DNA from: Octopus sinensis | Lineage: Eukaryota | DNA length: 64,000 bases | NCBI RefSeq assembly: GCF_006345805.1 | Contig: NC_043000.1 | Span: 39,060,001 to 39,124,000, forward strand | Direction of reading: 5' to 3' | Shown: positions 12,380 to 25,989 of the stretch, piece after piece | Layout: each line of letters starts with the position of its first letter | How positions within the stretch are numbered: the stretch's first letter is position 1 | Notes under the pieces: generated by a model | What the model was told of the DNA's origin: nothing | Database searches by the model: none | The model's input: only the letters and a program-made list of their open reading frames with translations | Translations under genes and position numbers: made by a program

Positions 12380-13345
12380 TTAAACGGCCATCAAGTTAAA
12401 ACACTTGACCAGATATTGTGTGGGACCACAAGGAAAAAATATGTTCTGCTGTGGAAATATGCTGCCCTCTGGGGACCATTTGCAGACCCAGTGTCCGTGA
12501 TACACTTATTATTGCAGTAACAAGACACGTATCATATCTGGAGCAGAGCATGGCTGAACTTGATATCATGGAGAGAGAATAAAAGTCCTTAATTTATACA
12601 CTACAAGTGATTACAACATCTTGGACAATATAAATGTGTAAGAACTCAAGATCCACAGGATGAACAAAACAAGATGTTTTTCTTCACTAAATCTCCCTGA
12701 GAACTACATTAAGGGTACACATGTCTGTGGAGTGCTCAGCCACTTGTACGTTAATTTCACGAGCAAGCTGTTCCGTTGACCAGATCAACTGGGACCCTCA
12801 TTGCCGTGACTGATAGAGTATTTAGCCGGAGTATTTGGCACGGCAACACTTGACGTCACACTACAGATGCAACCAGTATTAAGGCCAACGTGAGGAAGAC
12901 ACATCGTCAGACATTCGAAAAATGAATACAGGTTAGAGGTAACCAAATTTACTGCCTCTTACCTCTAACGTGTATTTCTTTCTTGATTGTCTGAACATGA
13001 GTTTGAGCCATGTTGGCCCTATATGCTGCATTTGCTAGTTGTATCTATAGTCTTACATCATGTGCTGCCGTGATGGATACTGAAACATAGGTAAGAATTG
13101 GAATTAAAGAGCACCGTGTAATGCCAATGTTCTTTCTTCTTATTACTGCTGCATATTTGTATTACATCATAATCCATCCCCGGATGCGGACAACATCTGT
13201 GTACAAGAGACGGTGGAAGTTTAACGTGTTTAGCATCAGAGCCAAAACCAATGTGTTTTAATTGTCGCACAGTTCCTCGGCCTTTTCCAGGTATTCCCCC
13301 CCATGCGATAGTGCATGTGTGTGTGCATTTGTACATATGTGTGCA

Positions 13346-13452
<107 letters not shown>

Positions 13453-13564
13453 GCATTCGTGTTTTACTACTTAAAGCTTCTTGTTTCAGAAATTCAAGTA
13501 GATGACTATCAGAGTTTATTCTCACGACCATAACTGTATATTTTTCTTAATATATAGTTAATCT

Positions 13565-13745
13565 CTAAGGCGCCGAGCTAGCAGAATCGTTAGCGCACTG
13601 GACAAAATGCTTAGCGACATCCGCATGCAACTTACGTTCGGAGCTCAAATTCCACCAAGGTCAACATTTCCTTTCATCCCTCGGAGTCAATAAAAAGCGC
13701 AATAGGGGTTGATGGAATTGACTGGCCTTGTGCCAAAATTTGAAA
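13565..13745 (+). mobile_element. SINE-A, degenerate
   Basis: GGCGCCGAGCTAGCAGAATCGTTAGC head and GCCTTGTGCC tail. Confidence 0.7.
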
Positions 13746-13909
13746 CTAAAATATAATTTATATATACCTCATATCTATCATCCCATATATACATATATAT
13801 ATATATAACGGGAAGCTTTATGAAAATAAACAAAAGACGAAGGCAGGTGGAAAACAAACGAACATTGTATTAGTATGGCGCTCAGGAAATATAAATAAAA
13901 CAAGTCTTT

Positions 13910-13966
<57 letters not shown>

Positions 13967-14047
13967 TAAAATTATATAATTAGGATAGAAATTAATATTA
14001 TTATATTAATTTAAACCAGTGCCCTAGCATACTTATAAAATCCGAAG

Positions 14048-14089
<42 letters not shown>

Positions 14090-14609
14090 CTTAGAGCGAG
14101 AAAAATGTGTTCATGCATTATCTTTACAATTTGGAATATAGATATGTGGACGTTGAAGGGATAATTTATAGAGACCCTGTATCCATTACCGATATGCTGG
14201 CAGTGTTTAATTTTCATTCTTAAATTAATTTGAGGATTTCTCAAAGATTTTAGCCACCAATGGTTTCATGATTTAATCAAAAGTATTAATTAACTTTACA
14301 AGATATTTGAACCAATCGTAAAAATCAGTCATTTATTACACGACATAAACGTACACAGTGAGTGAAACATTGATATGACTACGTAAATTTTAGTTTTTAA
14401 CCTTTCGTCAGCCGTGACGAAAGGTACCATACAAGAAACAGCAACGTCCTGTCCATCTTTCTTTTGTAGTCGACGAGGCTGTATAATAAACATGACTGGC
14501 CTTTAAGATTCTCTCATTTATCTTGTATATTTAATTAACTTAAATTATGAAACCAGTGGCGGCGAAGATATATGAGCATACCACATAGAAATCTTTATTA
14601 TATGCATGT

Positions 14610-14675
<66 letters not shown>

Positions 14676-15639
14676 CGTGCGTGTGTGTGTGTGTGTGTTG
14701 TGTGTGTGAGTGTATGTGTTTCTCTAATCTTTCTTTGACGTTCCACGCTGTCTTATCGGCGATAACTAAATAACCTAATCTGCGAGTTCCATTTTATTGT
14801 CCATAAAATTCTTTCATCAATTCAGTTCTATGGAGAAAAGCCGAAATCATTTGTACAGGTTATCATTGAAGGTTGTCCATTTCTTACAATGACCGAGACC
14901 GTTGTTCCGCACCCGTTAAATAATTCAATAACAAAATAAATAAAAGGAAATGCAAACACACTGGAGACATTGTCGGGAAATCACCTTCCAGGAACTCGCT
15001 ACGTCAAGAAGATTAACTCGAGGATCATCAAAATTAAATACAGCCATTGCTTGTCCAATCCAAACATTAAAACTGAGCAAACAGCGGAAAGACTATAAAA
15101 TTCCCGCCGGAACATACGAATGGGATTGTCATTGATGACATGAGGAACAGAGAATGGTTAAAGGCAATAAGAGAGAAAATCAAATCAAATGAAATACGAA
15201 AAGCTTTTATGCATTTGTTAAGAAATACAAGAACAATCAATGTTATCGTAAATCTCAATTTCGGCAAGTTATTTGACACCATAAAACGTACACTGCTTGG
15301 AAAACATTCTTCGATGTTTGAAACATCGTGAAGATCTATACAGATTGCATATCGTGTTTCGTAATCATTAAAAGAAGACAGTATGTCGGCAGAAACGCAG
15401 TTCCAAGAATATTTGGAACGGTTGCCTCATAAAAAAACCGGTTTAAGTTTGTTTTTTTATTGAATCTTTTGTCTTTTAACCTCTACTGGTTTCAGCTGGA
15501 GGCGGTGTCTATGCTGGAGCACCGCCTTTCAGAGTGTTTGAGTTTGGGTTTCTTTTTTTAATACTGTTTCTGTTGAAGCAGCGAGTTGGATGGAATTTCT
15601 TTTGTCTGTGCCTCCACCCACGATATAGAATCACTTGAT

Positions 15640-16315
15640 ATCCTAGATAAAATTTTGTACAGACGCTCTTTGAAGATCCCTTACTCTACACCTCGCAAAT
15701 CTCTGAGTTTGTTTAGAAGAATATCGAACAGTTATGGGTTCTGAGAATCTTCAGAACAAGGTCCCAGGAAACTATGCTGGTTCTATGAAGGACATTTGTC
15801 CTCAGATGTCTAGACTTCTGCTCTCAACTGTGGCCGCACTACAGTGCCGAATTATTAGTAATAGCAGAACTTGAGGCTGTTCAGCAGTGCTACACCAGGA
15901 AGAATGTATCGACGGAAAAGCTGAGCTACTGAGAGAGACTGAAAGAGACACGACTCTACTCCCTGCACCGAAGAAGGGACAAGTATGCAGTGATATACGT
16001 ATGGAAGATCATGGAAGGGCTGGCACGAAACTTTAATATCCAGAGCTCTACCAGCCACCGAAATGGACGTCACTGCACTATTGCAAAGGTCGACAGTTAT
16101 CGCGTCTAGAGTGAAGGCCATGTACTGCAATAGCTTGTGATTCAAGGACCCACAGCTATTTAACGCCGTGCCAAAACAACTGAGGGATCTTTATGGAGTA
16201 GGGGTAGATGCTTTCAAGAAACAACTTCACCTCCTATCATTCAAGGTCCCAGATGAACCAATATCAAGGCTGGAAAAATGCTGTAGTGTCGAACTCCCTT
16301 CTTGTTTTCTCGAGT
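15640..16315 (+). mobile_element. CR1/L2-type LINE RT C-terminal fragment
   Basis: TFVLRCLDFCSQLW..ELEAVQ..LSY*ERLK..LYSLHRRRDKYAVIYVWKI..PQLFNAVPKQLRDL..VPDEP. Confidence 0.8.
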
Positions 16316-16891
16316 GCAAAGTGGACCTTCATCAGTTGTATTAAACTGGTCAGACAAAAAAGTCATGTAGTATTTGTTTCCCTAATTCCCGAACCGTTAC
16401 TGAGACCAAGTGAACAGTACTCTCTTTCGCTACATGGATTTACTCTGACGCCTGCTCAGCTACTGAATCCCAACGTTGTCTTGCACATGAAATTTCATGC
16501 CCCACATGATACACCTACATGCTGGTCAATAGCAATGAGCGTCCAACCCATCAAGTTTGAAATGTTCGTGTCCACCAGACAGTTACTAGATAATTGTTAG
16601 TACTAGGTTTATTTTTAGTCCTTTTAAACAAATGTTGTTTCTAGCTTGCTGGGTCTTCTACTGCCCTCCTGGTAAGGTTAACCTGGTGAACTGCAGGCTT
16701 AGTCACCGGGGTTCCAAACAGGCCACAGGTTGTAATTTTTTATGTAGTGCATGCCTACAACTTGGCACGCGCGCGCACACGCACACATAGAAACACACAT
16801 TTTCTCAAAAGGTCATTCACAATTAAAAAAAAAAATAATATTTTCAGTGTATTTTTAAACTTTATATATGTATATAATATTTTTCACATGC

Positions 16892-17103
16892 AAGGCGGCG
16901 AGCTGGCAGAATCGTTAGCACGCCGGACAAAATGCGTAGCCGTATTTCGTCTGCCGCTACGTTCTGAGTTCAAATTCCGCCGAGGTTGACTTTGCCTTTC
17001 ATCTTTTCGGATCGATAAAATTAGTACCAGTTACGCACTGGCGTCGATGTAATCGACTTAATCCCTTCTCCCAAACTTCTGGCCTTGTGCTTCCAGTAGA
17101 AAA
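16892..17103 (+). mobile_element. SINE-A, full length, tail type 1
   Basis: TGGCAGAATCG A-box-like, GAGTTCAAATTCC B-box-like, GTCGATGTAATCGAC hairpin, CCCTTCTCCCAAA..GCCTTGTG..GTAGAAA tail. Confidence 0.88.
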
Positions 17104-17548
17104 TATTACATATACACACAGATAGATAGATAGATAGATAGATACATGTGGGTTAACAACTCACTCATACTGTTCAATAATTCCGCTTCCCAAACCACAC
17201 ACACACACACTGTAACGATATTGCAAACGTCACCTTCTCTCCACTGACTGTAATTATCGTCATCAGAGCAGCAAAAGTCGATGCTGTAATGCGCTTAGTT
17301 CAAACCTCAGTTTCTGTTATTGATTTTACAGCACATACACACACACACACATACACACACATACACATTCACTCACTCAATATCTATCTATCTATCTAAC
17401 TGTATGTCAGAATATGTGAATTTATATTTATGCAAGTGAGCCTGCGTGTATGTCTGTGTGTAACGATGTCTATATCTCTCGCGCCCTCTCTCTCTCGCCC
17501 TCTCTCTCTCTCTCTCTCGCTCTATTCCCTGTGTGCGTGTGTATATAT

Positions 17549-17593
<45 letters not shown>

Positions 17594-17672
17594 TCTATAA
17601 ACGTATTGGGGGATTTTTAAACTGTTGCTCCATCATGGCTGCAGTCCATTAACTGAAACAATCAAAGATAAA

Positions 17673-17713
<41 letters not shown>

Positions 17714-17744
17714 TAGAGAGAGAGAGAAGATAGGAGAGAGAGAG

Positions 17745-17778
17745 ATAGATAGATAGATGATAGATAGATAGATATATA

Positions 17779-17811
<33 letters not shown>

Positions 17812-17846
17812 CAGATAGAGGGATAGATGGATGGAATGGATGGATG

Positions 17847-17897
<51 letters not shown>

Positions 17898-17957
17898 TGG
17901 TAGGTATATAGATAGATAGATAGATGGATAGATGGATAGATAGATGGATGATAGATG

Positions 17958-18049
<92 letters not shown>

Positions 18050-18085
18050 TAGATAGGTAGACAGATAAAGATAGGTAGATAGATA
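17745..18085. repeat. Long (GATA)n/(GGAT)n tract
   Basis: Seen directly. Confidence 0.95.
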
Positions 18086-18153
18086 AAGCTTACTTCGAAA
18101 CAGATGCGTGGCGTTCGATCATATAATAATATAAATAATATATAAATATATGT

Positions 18154-18199
<46 letters not shown>

Positions 18200-18516
18200 T
18201 GTTTTATAAAATTTTAAAAGCGACTACACTTTTCAAGATACAGATAGATTTTCGTTTCCCAAAACCAACTCCAATATTCCTTCCTGTGTTGAAATACATT
18301 TCTTTTCTTCATACATACATATATATAGATACATACATACAAACATACATGCATATATGTATACATACTTACATACATACACACATGCATACGTACATAC
18401 ACACGCACATGCGCGCGCACTACCTGTCTGTCGCGGCCGTTTTTACCTTGGTTGTACCCAGGTAAATATACAGCAACAAGACCTAGTCTCCGTCCATTCA
18501 ATTATTGACTGGGTAG

Positions 18517-18547
<31 letters not shown>

Positions 18548-19429
18548 AAGCTTATTATTGATACTGTTATTGACCAGCTGTTGTGGATAATGTTATTGAT
18601 CAGCTGTATGATCTGATGTGTTCCACCCTTGACCATCACATCGCACTTGTGTTATACCTTTAAAATACGTTGTCCAGAGAGGGATTTTTTTTATTTTAAA
18701 ACAATATAACGTGTGTTTAAGGACATTGGCTGCTATTTCAAGCAATTTTGAATTAGCATCGCAGTCTTTTCTATATATTTCTGTTAGTGAGTTCATGGAG
18801 AAGTGTGTGTACGTACGAGTGTATGTGTGTACGTACGAGTGTATGTGTGTACGTACGAGTGTATGTGTGTACGTAAGAGAGGGAGACGGGCAGATAGAGA
18901 GAAAGAGGGAGAGAAAGAGGGAGAAAAAGAGACTATTTTCGTTGTTTGTGTATTCTACGTGAGTCTGTGGTGTGTGTTTGTATGTATATTGATGGTGTGT
19001 TTGTGTGCGTTTGCCTATATGAGTGTGAGTGAGTGTATATATGCGAATGTGTGTGCGTTTGCGTGTTTCTTCCGTGTATGACCCTTTGAGTGTATGTTCG
19101 TGTGTATATATCTGCGTGCTCATATATGTGTGTGAGGGAAATTATCCGTAATTATGCGACTGCGTGTTATATGTGTGTATCACACAAAATCGAAGAAGGA
19201 GAAGTAGAGGCGGGGAGAGTATAGGTGTGTTGAAATGTTTCACAGCGTACACAGTAGCGTGTATGCATTTATATGTGTATCTGTGTATATGTATGAATGT
19301 GGGGAATAGAAAGTAGAAGAGGTTGAGGGAAAAGGGGAGAGAATACAGATGGGCTGATGTGTGTCATTGTGTGTGTATGTGCGAGAGAAAGCAGGAAAAA
19401 ATTAGGCCAAGTAAGCGTATGTGCAGGAA

Positions 19430-19469
<40 letters not shown>

Positions 19470-19845
19470 GGTTTGTATGGCGTGTCAGCAGGCATGTCAG
19501 TGACTCTGTTTACAAGCGTTGCTGTGTCGTGTGCGCATGTGTACTCGTGTGTGCCTCTGTGTTCTTGTGCATGTGATGTGTGTGTGTGTATATGCGCGTT
19601 CGGGATTTTGTGTATGTGTGTGTGTGTGTCTGCATGTGTCTGCATGTGTGTGTGTGTGTGGGCGCGCGCGCATGAGCTGTGTGATCGACATCTATGCATC
19701 CGCACGTTGTACGAATCTACGCATAACAACATGCAAATGAGCGTGTGTACGCGTAGGTGTGTGTGTGTGTGTGTGTGTGTATTTGTGCATAAGTGCGTGT
19801 GTTCGTGTATGTGTAGAGGGCGTATTTGTGTATGTATATGTGTGT

Positions 19846-19878
<33 letters not shown>

Positions 19879-20352
19879 ATTGTATGTGTGCCAGTGTGTA
19901 GGCGTATGCTGTCGTTTGATCCTTGAAGTGCTGTGACGGCGATTGTAGGAGAATGTTTAGGAAACAAGTGCGGGCGCAAGAAACTCGTCGTTGCGTTCAG
20001 CTTCACGCGCAAATGCAAATAGGAATCTGTTGTCCTTTACTTGTCAATGTCATTAGACCGCGGCCATGCTGGAGCACCAGTTTGAAGAGATTTAGTGAAA
20101 CAAATCGAGCCCTGTTACTTATCGTATCGGAATATTTTGCGGGGACGTAAATAAACTAACACCAGTTATCAAGCACTGGTGAGGGACAAACAAAGATACA
20201 CACAACACATGCATTCGCATGCTCGCATACATATCCTGTTACACACACACGTACACACACACACATTTATACATATGCATATTGTTGTGCGCATACATAC
20301 ATATGCATACGTACATGTGTGTGTATGTGTGCATGTGTTGTATCGTCAGTGA

Positions 20353-20386
<34 letters not shown>

Positions 20387-20399
20387 TGTGTGTGTGTGT

Positions 20400-20434
<35 letters not shown>

Positions 20435-20725
20435 ACAGTACATCACAGTACAAGTATAACCGTATAACACTAAGCAATGTAACAAGAGTTGCTTATCTAA
20501 TTGTTCCAATGCAGAATCAATAACGAGAATAACGCTCACACTGCTCGACCTCAACTGGCTACTGGCTCATCAATTTATAAGATTCGTCCAGTCAACTGGC
20601 AGTCATGTGCAGGGGTATCAGTTCACTCCAAAACAGTGTGTAAACGAAAAAGGCAGTAAAAGTGCAAGAGGAGTTCGCAGCCAATATCATAAATTCGCCG
20701 CTCAGTGAATAAAGGAAAGAGAAAT

Positions 20726-20764
20726 CATATTACGTTTCGGACATAGTTCTTCTTCAGATAAATG
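20726..20764 (-). ncRNA. Minimal type I hammerhead motif (Penelope-like context)
   Basis: Minus strand: CAUUUAU CUGAAGA A GAAC-uau-GUCC GAAAC GUA AUAUG; one mismatch in stem II, short stem I. Confidence 0.6.
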
Positions 20765-22157
20765 ACAAAAGTTCTGGAGAATCTAGGAAGAGAGGAAAGG
20801 AGATAAGGAGGAGAAGGAAGCTTGAAGAATAACATAAGTGGGTTCAGTTCACTTATATTTAGGAAGATCTTTGTTATATGTTTGAAGGACATGTGATACA
20901 AAAATGGAAGAACGATCAAGAAGAAAAATTAAGTAATCTTTATTATTAGGCACAAACCTCTATTATCCGATGTATTCAGTGTTTAGAGATCTGGAGTAAC
21001 GTAGATCCTGTCGATAATCTAAACAGTAGGATTTACATAAACTCATATTTTTAAACGTCGAATACTTCTGCTGATGAGCGGTTGTGCCTGGAATGTGCAA
21101 AAGTTACTCAAGGTATCTTTTCGTATTGTTAAAAACTCACTTTTTGCTTGTTCTTTTTCTTACACCGCCTCCTCCTACATACATACGGTAAGAGACATCA
21201 AGAATTTTCGGTGACCATTCACTTCGTCAGCCGTTGTTATACGAAAGACAATTCTTCATTTAACCATATAATGTATAGATGGTGAGATCGTATATGGAAC
21301 AGTTAGATTTTGCTAGAACGCACATTTTCCACTGAACTCTACCAGAGTATTTTCGTGACTTGGTGGACACTAGTTGAGCTCTGGTTGGCTGTATGCAAAT
21401 GAGTGCATGACTGGGGTCCGGAACACTCGTGGGAAAAAATTTCGCCCGCCGGGACTAGCTAGATATCATAACATAAGCACCTAGCTAGAGGATGGTGGAT
21501 TAATGCTATGAATGTATCAATGAAATTTAAATCCCCCTTGTATTCTTTTTAGATTCATATGTATGTATGTGTTTGTGTGCGTGTTTGTGTGTATGTGTGT
21601 GTGCGTGTGTTTGTGTGCGTGTGTTTTCATATATATATACATACATGCATTCACCTACACATATATATGTACATAAAACATACATACATACATACATACA
21701 TACGTACGTACATACATACGTACACCCAGAACCCTCTTTTGTTGTCCCTAGGAGTAGGTTGATTTCACCGTTCCCGGTTCTTGGCTGTTACATTACAATG
21801 TCTTATAAACTTCGAAAGGATGAAGAGCAAATTTGCCCGCGGTGAGATTTGAATTCAGGACCAAGCGAAGAATAATAGCTGTTTTATAAAAGCCGCTAGC
21901 TATAACTGGATAGAGTAACATGAAGTGGAACAGTACAATATTAGAAAATTACTATTTGTAAATCTCACAACAAGAGATATTCAGCAACAGTACTTTCGAG
22001 TAAAGATTATTTGCCAACATAGCGTTCAAGGACACAGATCATGTCGCATAGCCAGCTGCAGACGATGTCTCCTGGGGCTAAATTACAGCAACATTCGTCC
22101 TAAACCAGGACTGCCATGTTATGTTGGCAAATAATCTTTACTACAATATTAGTTTAG

Positions 22158-22385
22158 CTAACCATTTGGCATTCAAACTGGCTATATCGGGCCGAAATAT
22201 TGCACCTGTTTTATATTCAGACTGACCAGATCCAGCCTCTCACACCTACCCTTCATTGTCATTCTAGAAAATAAACATTCAAGTCATCAAAATCTCAAAG
22301 GTATGAGATAATGTATGATTAATTCGAAACAATGTGAATAAATAAGCATTACATTTGACAGGGGAATCCGAATGCTAAAGGACAA
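22158..22385. mobile_element. piggyBac-like MITE, degenerate
   Basis: Imperfect termini CTAACCATTTGGCATT / AATGCTAAAGGACAA, resembling TTAA-CCCTT..AAGGG-TTAA ends. Confidence 0.45.
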
Positions 22386-23003
22386 AGCGAGATATTTCAG
22401 CATTGAGTGTGCACAACGACTTTGTAGGCAGTCGGTGCTATGAATTTATAGCTATGTGATTTAAGCAAGCACGAAGAATAAGGTTCAAATGTATCATATG
22501 AAGAAAATGCTGGCTTTCTCTGTAGTTTAGCTTGGTAAACAGTGCAAGAGAATTGTCCTAAGAATGCGGAAGTAAATTGTGACAGAAAGCGGAAGTGACG
22601 AGAGAAACTAGTGTCGGATTTACCATTATACTTAGGTGTGCTAAAGCACAGCTCCCCGTTGACCAGGGTGGGTGCGGGCCTCTCTTCTGCCCCTAAAATC
22701 TTTTACAATGAATTTCTTGAGCATATATGTCTGACTGTCCAGGTAAGGGGCTTCATAACTTAACTAGCACAGGGCCTCATTTGTCAAGAATCCGGCACTG
22801 AGAGTGACATAAAAAAAATTCCATCAAAGTATATAAAGAATTCCCTCGCTATGTCACATTCACAGCCACCTGCAAATGTATTAAATTCCTATGATGTGTT
22901 AAGTATTTCAGAAATTTTAACTGAAGGACACCGTTCCAATATACGATAGCCTGCACGGACACTTCTGAGAAGGTGATTCAGTGGTTTGAATCATAGTCAC
23001 CAC

Positions 23004-23410
23004 AAGGCAGCGAGCTGGCAGAATCGTTAGCACGCCGGGCGAAATGCGTAGCCGTATTTCGTCTGTCGTAACGTTGTGAGTTCAAATTCCGCCGAGGTCG
23101 ACTTTGCCTTTCATCCTTTCGGGGTGGGTCGATTAAATATGTACAAGTTACGCACTGGGGTCGATATAATCGACTTAATCCGTCTGTCTGTCCTTGTTTG
23201 TCCTCTCTGTGTTTAGCCCCTTGTGGGTAGTAAAGAAATAGAAATAGGTATTTCGTCTGTCTTTACGTTCTGAGTTCAAATTCCGCCGAGGTCGACTTTG
23301 CCTTTTATCTTTATGGGGTCGATAAATTAAGTACCAGTTGCGTATTAAGGTCGATGTAATCGACTGGCCCCTTCCCCAAAGTTTCCAGCCTTGTGCATAT
23401 AGTAGAAAGG
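23004..23410 (+). mobile_element. SINE-A dimer (unit + tail 2 + 5'-truncated unit + tail 1)
   Basis: GTATTTCGTCTG..GAGTTCAAATTCCGCCGAGGTCGACTTTGCC occurs twice in tandem. Confidence 0.88.
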
Positions 23411-23773
23411 AGTGATAGTCACCACAGTTACATGTGAACAATGCTATATTCCAGCACGATTGATGACCTGTGGAAAAAAAGAACCGATGGGAAGCAATGA
23501 CTTCGATCCTTCGTATTCATTCGGATAATACGAACCAATTCCTTTTTTGGAAAGAACTATTTTATCCTACCGTATATTTCAACTAATACGCAAGAGGATA
23601 AGAGAGTGTTACATTCAGCGTCTTCGTGAAATTATGGGATGTTACTGTCGTCACTTCCGCAATTTACTTTTGCTTTTAGGGGAATTTACTTTAACAAAAA
23701 GGTAGACCATTTTAACCACATTGAATATTTACCGGAAGTTGTGTGTGAATGTGTAAGCAAAGTTATATCCATT

Positions 23774-23830
<57 letters not shown>

Positions 23831-23840
23831 TATATATATC

Positions 23841-23870
<30 letters not shown>

Positions 23871-23873
<3 letters not shown>

Positions 23874-24224
23874 GCGCAATGGCCCAGTGGTTAGGGCAGC
23901 GGACTCGAGGTTATAGGATCGCGATTTCAATTCCCAGACCGGACGTTGTGAGTGTTTATTGGGCGAAAACAATTAAAGCTCCACGAGGCTCCGGCAGGGG
24001 GTGCTGGCGAACCCTGCTTCACTCTTTCACTCTTTCTATTGTACCTGTATTTCAAAGGGCCAGCCTTGTCACACTCCGTGTCACGCTGAATCTCCCCGAG
24101 AACTACGTTAAGGGTACACGTGTCTGTGGAGTGCTCAGCCACTTGCACATTAATTTCACGAGCAGGCTGTTCCGTGAATCGGATCACCCGGAACTTTTTG
24201 TTGTTATAACCGACGGAGTGCCAC
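23871..24224 (+). mobile_element. SINE-B, full length
   Basis: TGGCCCAGTGG A box, B-box-like GATTTCAATTCC; 3' half also present at 12680-12820. Confidence 0.8.
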
Positions 24225-24962
24225 GGATGTATATGTATGTTGATTTTTATGTTTAACCCATTGTCAACCGTGAAGGTCCACTTGTCGCCACGCCTCCCTA
24301 TATTCAGGAACAATGTATCTTTATGAAATGTCTCCTTAAGATGCTAAGTATGCGTTTTGATGGAGATTTGGTTGCTATTTCTAGCAGATCCAGTGACCAT
24401 CTTCCTGCGTCATTGTAGGCTTGTACGTATGACTGCTACCTCTATATTGTATGTGTCTATATATATAGGTTTATGCATAGGTGTGTGTGTGTGTGTGTGT
24501 GTGTGTTGCGTTTGCGTGTGTGCATGTTTGTCATTGTGTATGCGTGTTTATGTTGTTATTTCCAATTATGACCGCCAAGGGAGCAATTCAACTACTATGT
24601 TATTCGATATATCTATTTTTAAAACTGAGTCTGTGCTTTGATGGAGATGTGACTGCTATTTCTAGCCAATCCAGTGACCGCCTTCGAATATCTTCGTTGG
24701 CTTAGACGACAGTGTGTGTATGGGTGTGTGAAAGAGAGGCTGAACAGAACGAAACTAATGTGTTTGAGGATTCCATCATTTCGGGGATTCCCCCGTCCAT
24801 TCGCTTCGCTGTTGCTATCACCGTAACACTTGTTGATATGAAGTGATGAGTTAGTAACGAAGGTTCAGAGGAGTAGCAAGAGGAAGACTGAGAAAACGAG
24901 AGGGGGAGAGAGACAGTGAGAGAGCGAGAGAGACAGAGAGGAAGAGACCAAAAGACAGAGAC

Positions 24963-24993
<31 letters not shown>

Positions 24994-25013
24994 AAGAGAG
25001 TGTGTGTGTGTGT

Positions 25014-25058
<45 letters not shown>

Positions 25059-25103
25059 TTTGCGATCGGGAGAAATGAAGTAAGATGTTTGTGTTACTAT
25101 GGC

Positions 25104-25269
25104 CAGGCATAGCTGCAGTTAAGAAGTTTACTTCTCAACCACATGGTTCCGGGTTCAATCCCCCTGCGTAGCATCTTGGATAAGCGTCTTCTACTATAGA
25201 ACCCGGGCCGACAAACAAAAGCTTGTGAAGGAAACTGAAAAAACCCCAGTCATAATATATGTATATATC

Positions 25270-25305
<36 letters not shown>

Positions 25306-25494
25306 ATATGTGTGTGTGTGGTGTGTGTGTGTGTGTGTGGTGTGTGTGTGTATATATATAGCATATATATATGTATATATAAATATATAATATATATAAT
25401 TCCATCGGACCCTTTTGCCGAACCACTAAGTTACGGGGACGTTAACACATCCACACCGGTTGTCAATCGATGGTAGTGGTGATGGGGGTGACAA

Positions 25495-25537
<43 letters not shown>

Positions 25538-25706
25538 TATATTTATATATATATATACATACGACGGGCTTCTTTCAGTTTCCGTCTTACAAGCTTTTGG
25601 TCGGCCCGAGGCTATAGCAGAAGACACTTGCCCAAGGTGCAACACAGTAGGACTGAACCTGGGATCATGTGGTTGGGAAGCAAGCTCCTTACTACACAGC
25701 CACGCC

Positions 25707-25769
<63 letters not shown>

Positions 25770-25980
25770 GTGTGCGTGTGTGTGTGCGCGCGCGTGTATG
25801 TGTATGTATGTATACGTGTGTGTGCGTTTGTGATCGTCCCCTGCCACCGGTGTGGGTTTATTTACGTCTCCGTAACTTAGGAGGTTCGGTATTAAGTGCC
25901 TGGATTATATAAAGAATACGTATTGGGAGTTGATTTGTTCGACCAAAGTTCTTCAACGCTGTGCCCCAGCATGGCCGCAG
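25104..25980. mobile_element. Nested SINE-C: plus-strand copy interrupted by a minus-strand copy (25404-25707)
   Basis: Plus head 25104-25251, microsatellite, inverted copy, microsatellite, plus 3' half 25822-25980. Confidence 0.7.
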
Positions 25981-25989
25981 AAGAGAGAA

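Noticed and set aside
15180-15320. CR1-like RT motif (NLNFGKLFDTI, like LDFSKAFD)
   Set aside because: Too short and degenerate to call separately; may belong to the adjacent LINE fossil.
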